Positions 61,620-64,000 of a stretch of 64,000 bases of DNA are shown here, in pieces. Made by a program: the position numbers and the translations under genes. This DNA comes from Squalus acanthias (taxonomy: Eukaryota), in the NCBI GenBank assembly GCA_030390025.1, contig CM059432.1:29142001-29206000 (forward strand), given 5' to 3'. The notes below the pieces were generated by a model, which was not told the DNA's origin, searched no databases, and saw nothing but the letters and a program-made list of their open reading frames with translations. How positions within the stretch are numbered: the first letter of the stretch is position 1; each line of letters opens with the position of its first letter.

Positions 61620-62426
61620 TGTAAGCTGCTATTCACGGAATAAAACCGCTGCTACTGTGTGGAGATCGAATTTGCGAACGAATTGTGAGATGATAACAGA
61701 CGGACTCAAAATGGAGGAGGTCAGTGTGTGATCCTTTGTAAGGATTCAAAATGGAGGAGGTCAGCATGTGGTCCTTTGTTTGTAAGACCACATTGACAGG
61801 AAGGGGAAACACAGGATGAAGAGGAAGTCCCGTCCCCCCACGCACATCACAGGGACATGAGCGTATCATGCAGAAGGAACACCAATCAGGGAAAGTTGGA
61901 AGTGAAACTGACCTATCAGAGGGAGGCCGCTGAAGAAATACGAGGGGGCCCATTCAGATGACACTATAAAGAGAAGAGAATTAGTCAAAAGATAGGGACA
62001 AAGGAAGCTGTTTTGAATGGCCAGTCGACTCGTGAAGCCTACCACCAATTAGAATTGATCACCCGAGGAGGAGTGTGTGTATGAAAGTCAGACATAGAGC
62101 ATATATATTGCTGGGGAACTTTTTATGTACGTTTGACTTATTAAACTGTGGGCATATACATTGCCGGGGGTACTTTTATGTACAAAACTGTAGAGCATAT
62201 AAATTGCTGGAGTAAACTGTGGGGATACACATTGTTGGGGGTACTTTCATGTATGCATGAATTAATAAACTGTGGGCATATACATTGCCAGGGTGCTTCT
62301 ATGTACGCATGAATTAAAAAACTGTAGTGTGAATAAAGATCATTTTATTTATAACAAACTTATCTGTCATTGTTATGCTTATTTGTAATTCTCGAGGTCC
62401 GAACGGTAGTAGGAGAAAGTCCTACA
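61620..62426 (+). repeat. 5' LTR (807 bp) of a second, related LTR element
   Basis: TGTAAG...CTACA ends; CCAAT near 61882, TATAAA 61965-61970, AATAAA 62332-62337; internal 40-55-nt tandem repeats at 62095-62325; followed by a PBS. Confidence 0.8.
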
Positions 62427-62429
62427 GAT

Positions 62430-62447
62430 TGGCGACCATGAAGGGAC
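62430..62447 (+). promoter_or_regulatory. PBS, tRNA-Arg(TCG) (different isodecoder)
   Basis: TGGCGACCATGAAGGGAC; one mismatch (CpG decay) to the complement of GTCCCTTCGTGGTCG-CCA. Confidence 0.75.
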
Positions 62448-62448
62448 C

Positions 62449-62911
62449 TTGAGTGAAAAAACATTTTTTATAACAATGGTGGATAAGCAAAGGCAAAATG
62501 TGGAAGCAAAACAAGCAAAGGAATGGACAGAAGGTCCGTTAGGAAAGGAGGCATGGTATAAGGCGATATGTCTGTTACCCTATCAAAGGCAATCAGTGCA
62601 AAATAAGAAAGTGGTAGAAGAACAAACTACAGAGATTGAACAACTGAAACGAAAGGCAAGCAGTGGTGAACTGTTTGCTAAAAGAGTTAAAGGAACGGAG
62701 TGCTCGTGGGGACCACACTGAATGTAAACAGAATATAGAGCAGGAGAGAGAGTGGGAGATAAAGAGGGAAAACAATTTAAGTTACAACCTGAAAACTACA
62801 CAAAGGAAGGAAAAAAACAGGGTTTTGGGAAGCAGAGAAAAGCTGCTGAGACGACGATTTAAGAGAAGGAAAAAAAGGAAACTTAAAGTTTCACCGACAC
62901 AAAGCTATTAG
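62449..62911 (+). pseudogene. Decayed gag N-terminal remnant
   Basis: AKEWTEG...YKAICLLPYQRQ and GDHTECKQNIE align by eye with provirus Gag AERWTES...EKAVWLMCYKRQ and ADHSACQREIE. Confidence 0.65.
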
Positions 62912-63944
62912 CGTCTGTGCTGAGACAAATAAAACATAAGGTTTGCTGTGTGAAAGGAACCTTAAAGGATGCTGGAATTTCAGTTTGTGTGAAAGTGTGT
63001 GTTAAAGTGTGGAAATTTTAAGTTACAGTATTCCTTCTGTCTGAAAGTCTGTTTTTGAAAGAAAGTGTCTGTTGTGTTTGTTTTAGTTCCACCCACTTTT
63101 CTGTGCCTGGAGCTAAAACCGTTTAACCCTTTGTTGGATGTTGGATGGTGAAATAAGGACAGAAGAAAAGGAAAGGTTCTGTCCCTTTTTGACTTTCAGT
63201 GTACTGATGTTTGAAAAAACGTGTATGAATGTTTCGAAGCTACAAGCTGAGGGAAGCTTCTCCCTTTCATTTCAAGTGGTACTGGTTAGTTAAAGATATT
63301 GGTTTGAATTGAATTGGAGTTATTGAGGTTAATTAACCTGTTTAAAACCAGACTTTTATTGTGGCCACGGTGAAATTCTGGTTGGTGTAAATTGTGTGAA
63401 AGCCTTTAGTTCCGGACATGAGGCAATCACATCAACAATTGGTATTCTTGAAATTTCTGACCAATTGCAAGTATGTCTGACCAGGAAAAAAAAAATGCTA
63501 TTGTGTCTGGAGTTGCTTTACAGAATGTTTATGATGTCTGATGTTTTTACCTGCTGAAATGAATTGATCTGGATCTTAACAAAAATTTTAAAGGCACAAA
63601 CATTTTGCAAAACTAATAACTGTTTTTTTTATTGACAAGTTATAAATGGTATCTGGGTTTGTCTTCTTTTGAAAACAAAAATTTAACTAACATTAAATTG
63701 TGAAAACCCAACTGTCTCGATCTGGAATTTTAATTTTTTTTTACGTGAAGTGACGCAATTGCGTGTGTCTGACAATTTGCTCCACCTTCTTACAAACTGG
63801 CAAAGGAGTTAACCCTTTCTGCTAACAGCTTTTTCTTTATTCACCACTCAATAACTTTTATTGATCAATGAAATGTAAAGATATTTGGCATTATTAAATT
63901 TAAGTGTTTTTAATTTTACTGGATGTTTCCCCACATTGACAGAA

Positions 63945-64000
63945 GGGCAACACAGTGGCATAGTGGTTAGCACTGTTGCCTCACAGCGCCAAAGACCCGG
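63945..64000 (+). mobile_element. HE1/V-SINE-like tRNA-derived head, cut by the window end
   Basis: GGGCAACACAGTGGCATAGTGGTTAGCACTGTTGCCTCACAGCGCC. Confidence 0.6.

Noticed and set aside
62095..62325. Repeat-spacer-like pattern resembling a CRISPR array
   Set aside because: Degenerate tandem repeat within a eukaryotic LTR; no unique spacers and no cas genes

Overview
Repeat-rich vertebrate genomic DNA, most likely from a cartilaginous fish (HER1/HE1-like CR1 tails, SacSINE1-like DeuSINEs). No host protein-coding gene could be identified. The background is nested CR1, L2 and other LINE fragments, SINEs and PIF/Harbinger-type elements. The stand-out is a very young 9.46-kb provirus-like LTR element on the minus strand (10223-19684). 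It has 1723-bp nearly identical LTRs, an ATAT TSD, a perfect tRNA-Arg(TCG) PBS that overlaps the gag start codon, and an intact gag. It has no pro/pol. In the pol position is an unknown 369-codon ORF, in frame with gag behind a UGA-CUAG readthrough motif. The intact, probably spliced env resembles paramyxovirus/pneumovirus F (lokiretrovirus-like), with an apparent N-terminal immunoglobulin domain and a C-terminal PDZ-binding motif. The element sits inside a solo LTR that itself sits inside an L2 LINE. A second, decayed relative (LTR, tRNA-Arg PBS, gag remnant) starts at 61620 inside a Harbinger Myb/SANT gene. All family assignments were made by eye from motifs; no searches were run.
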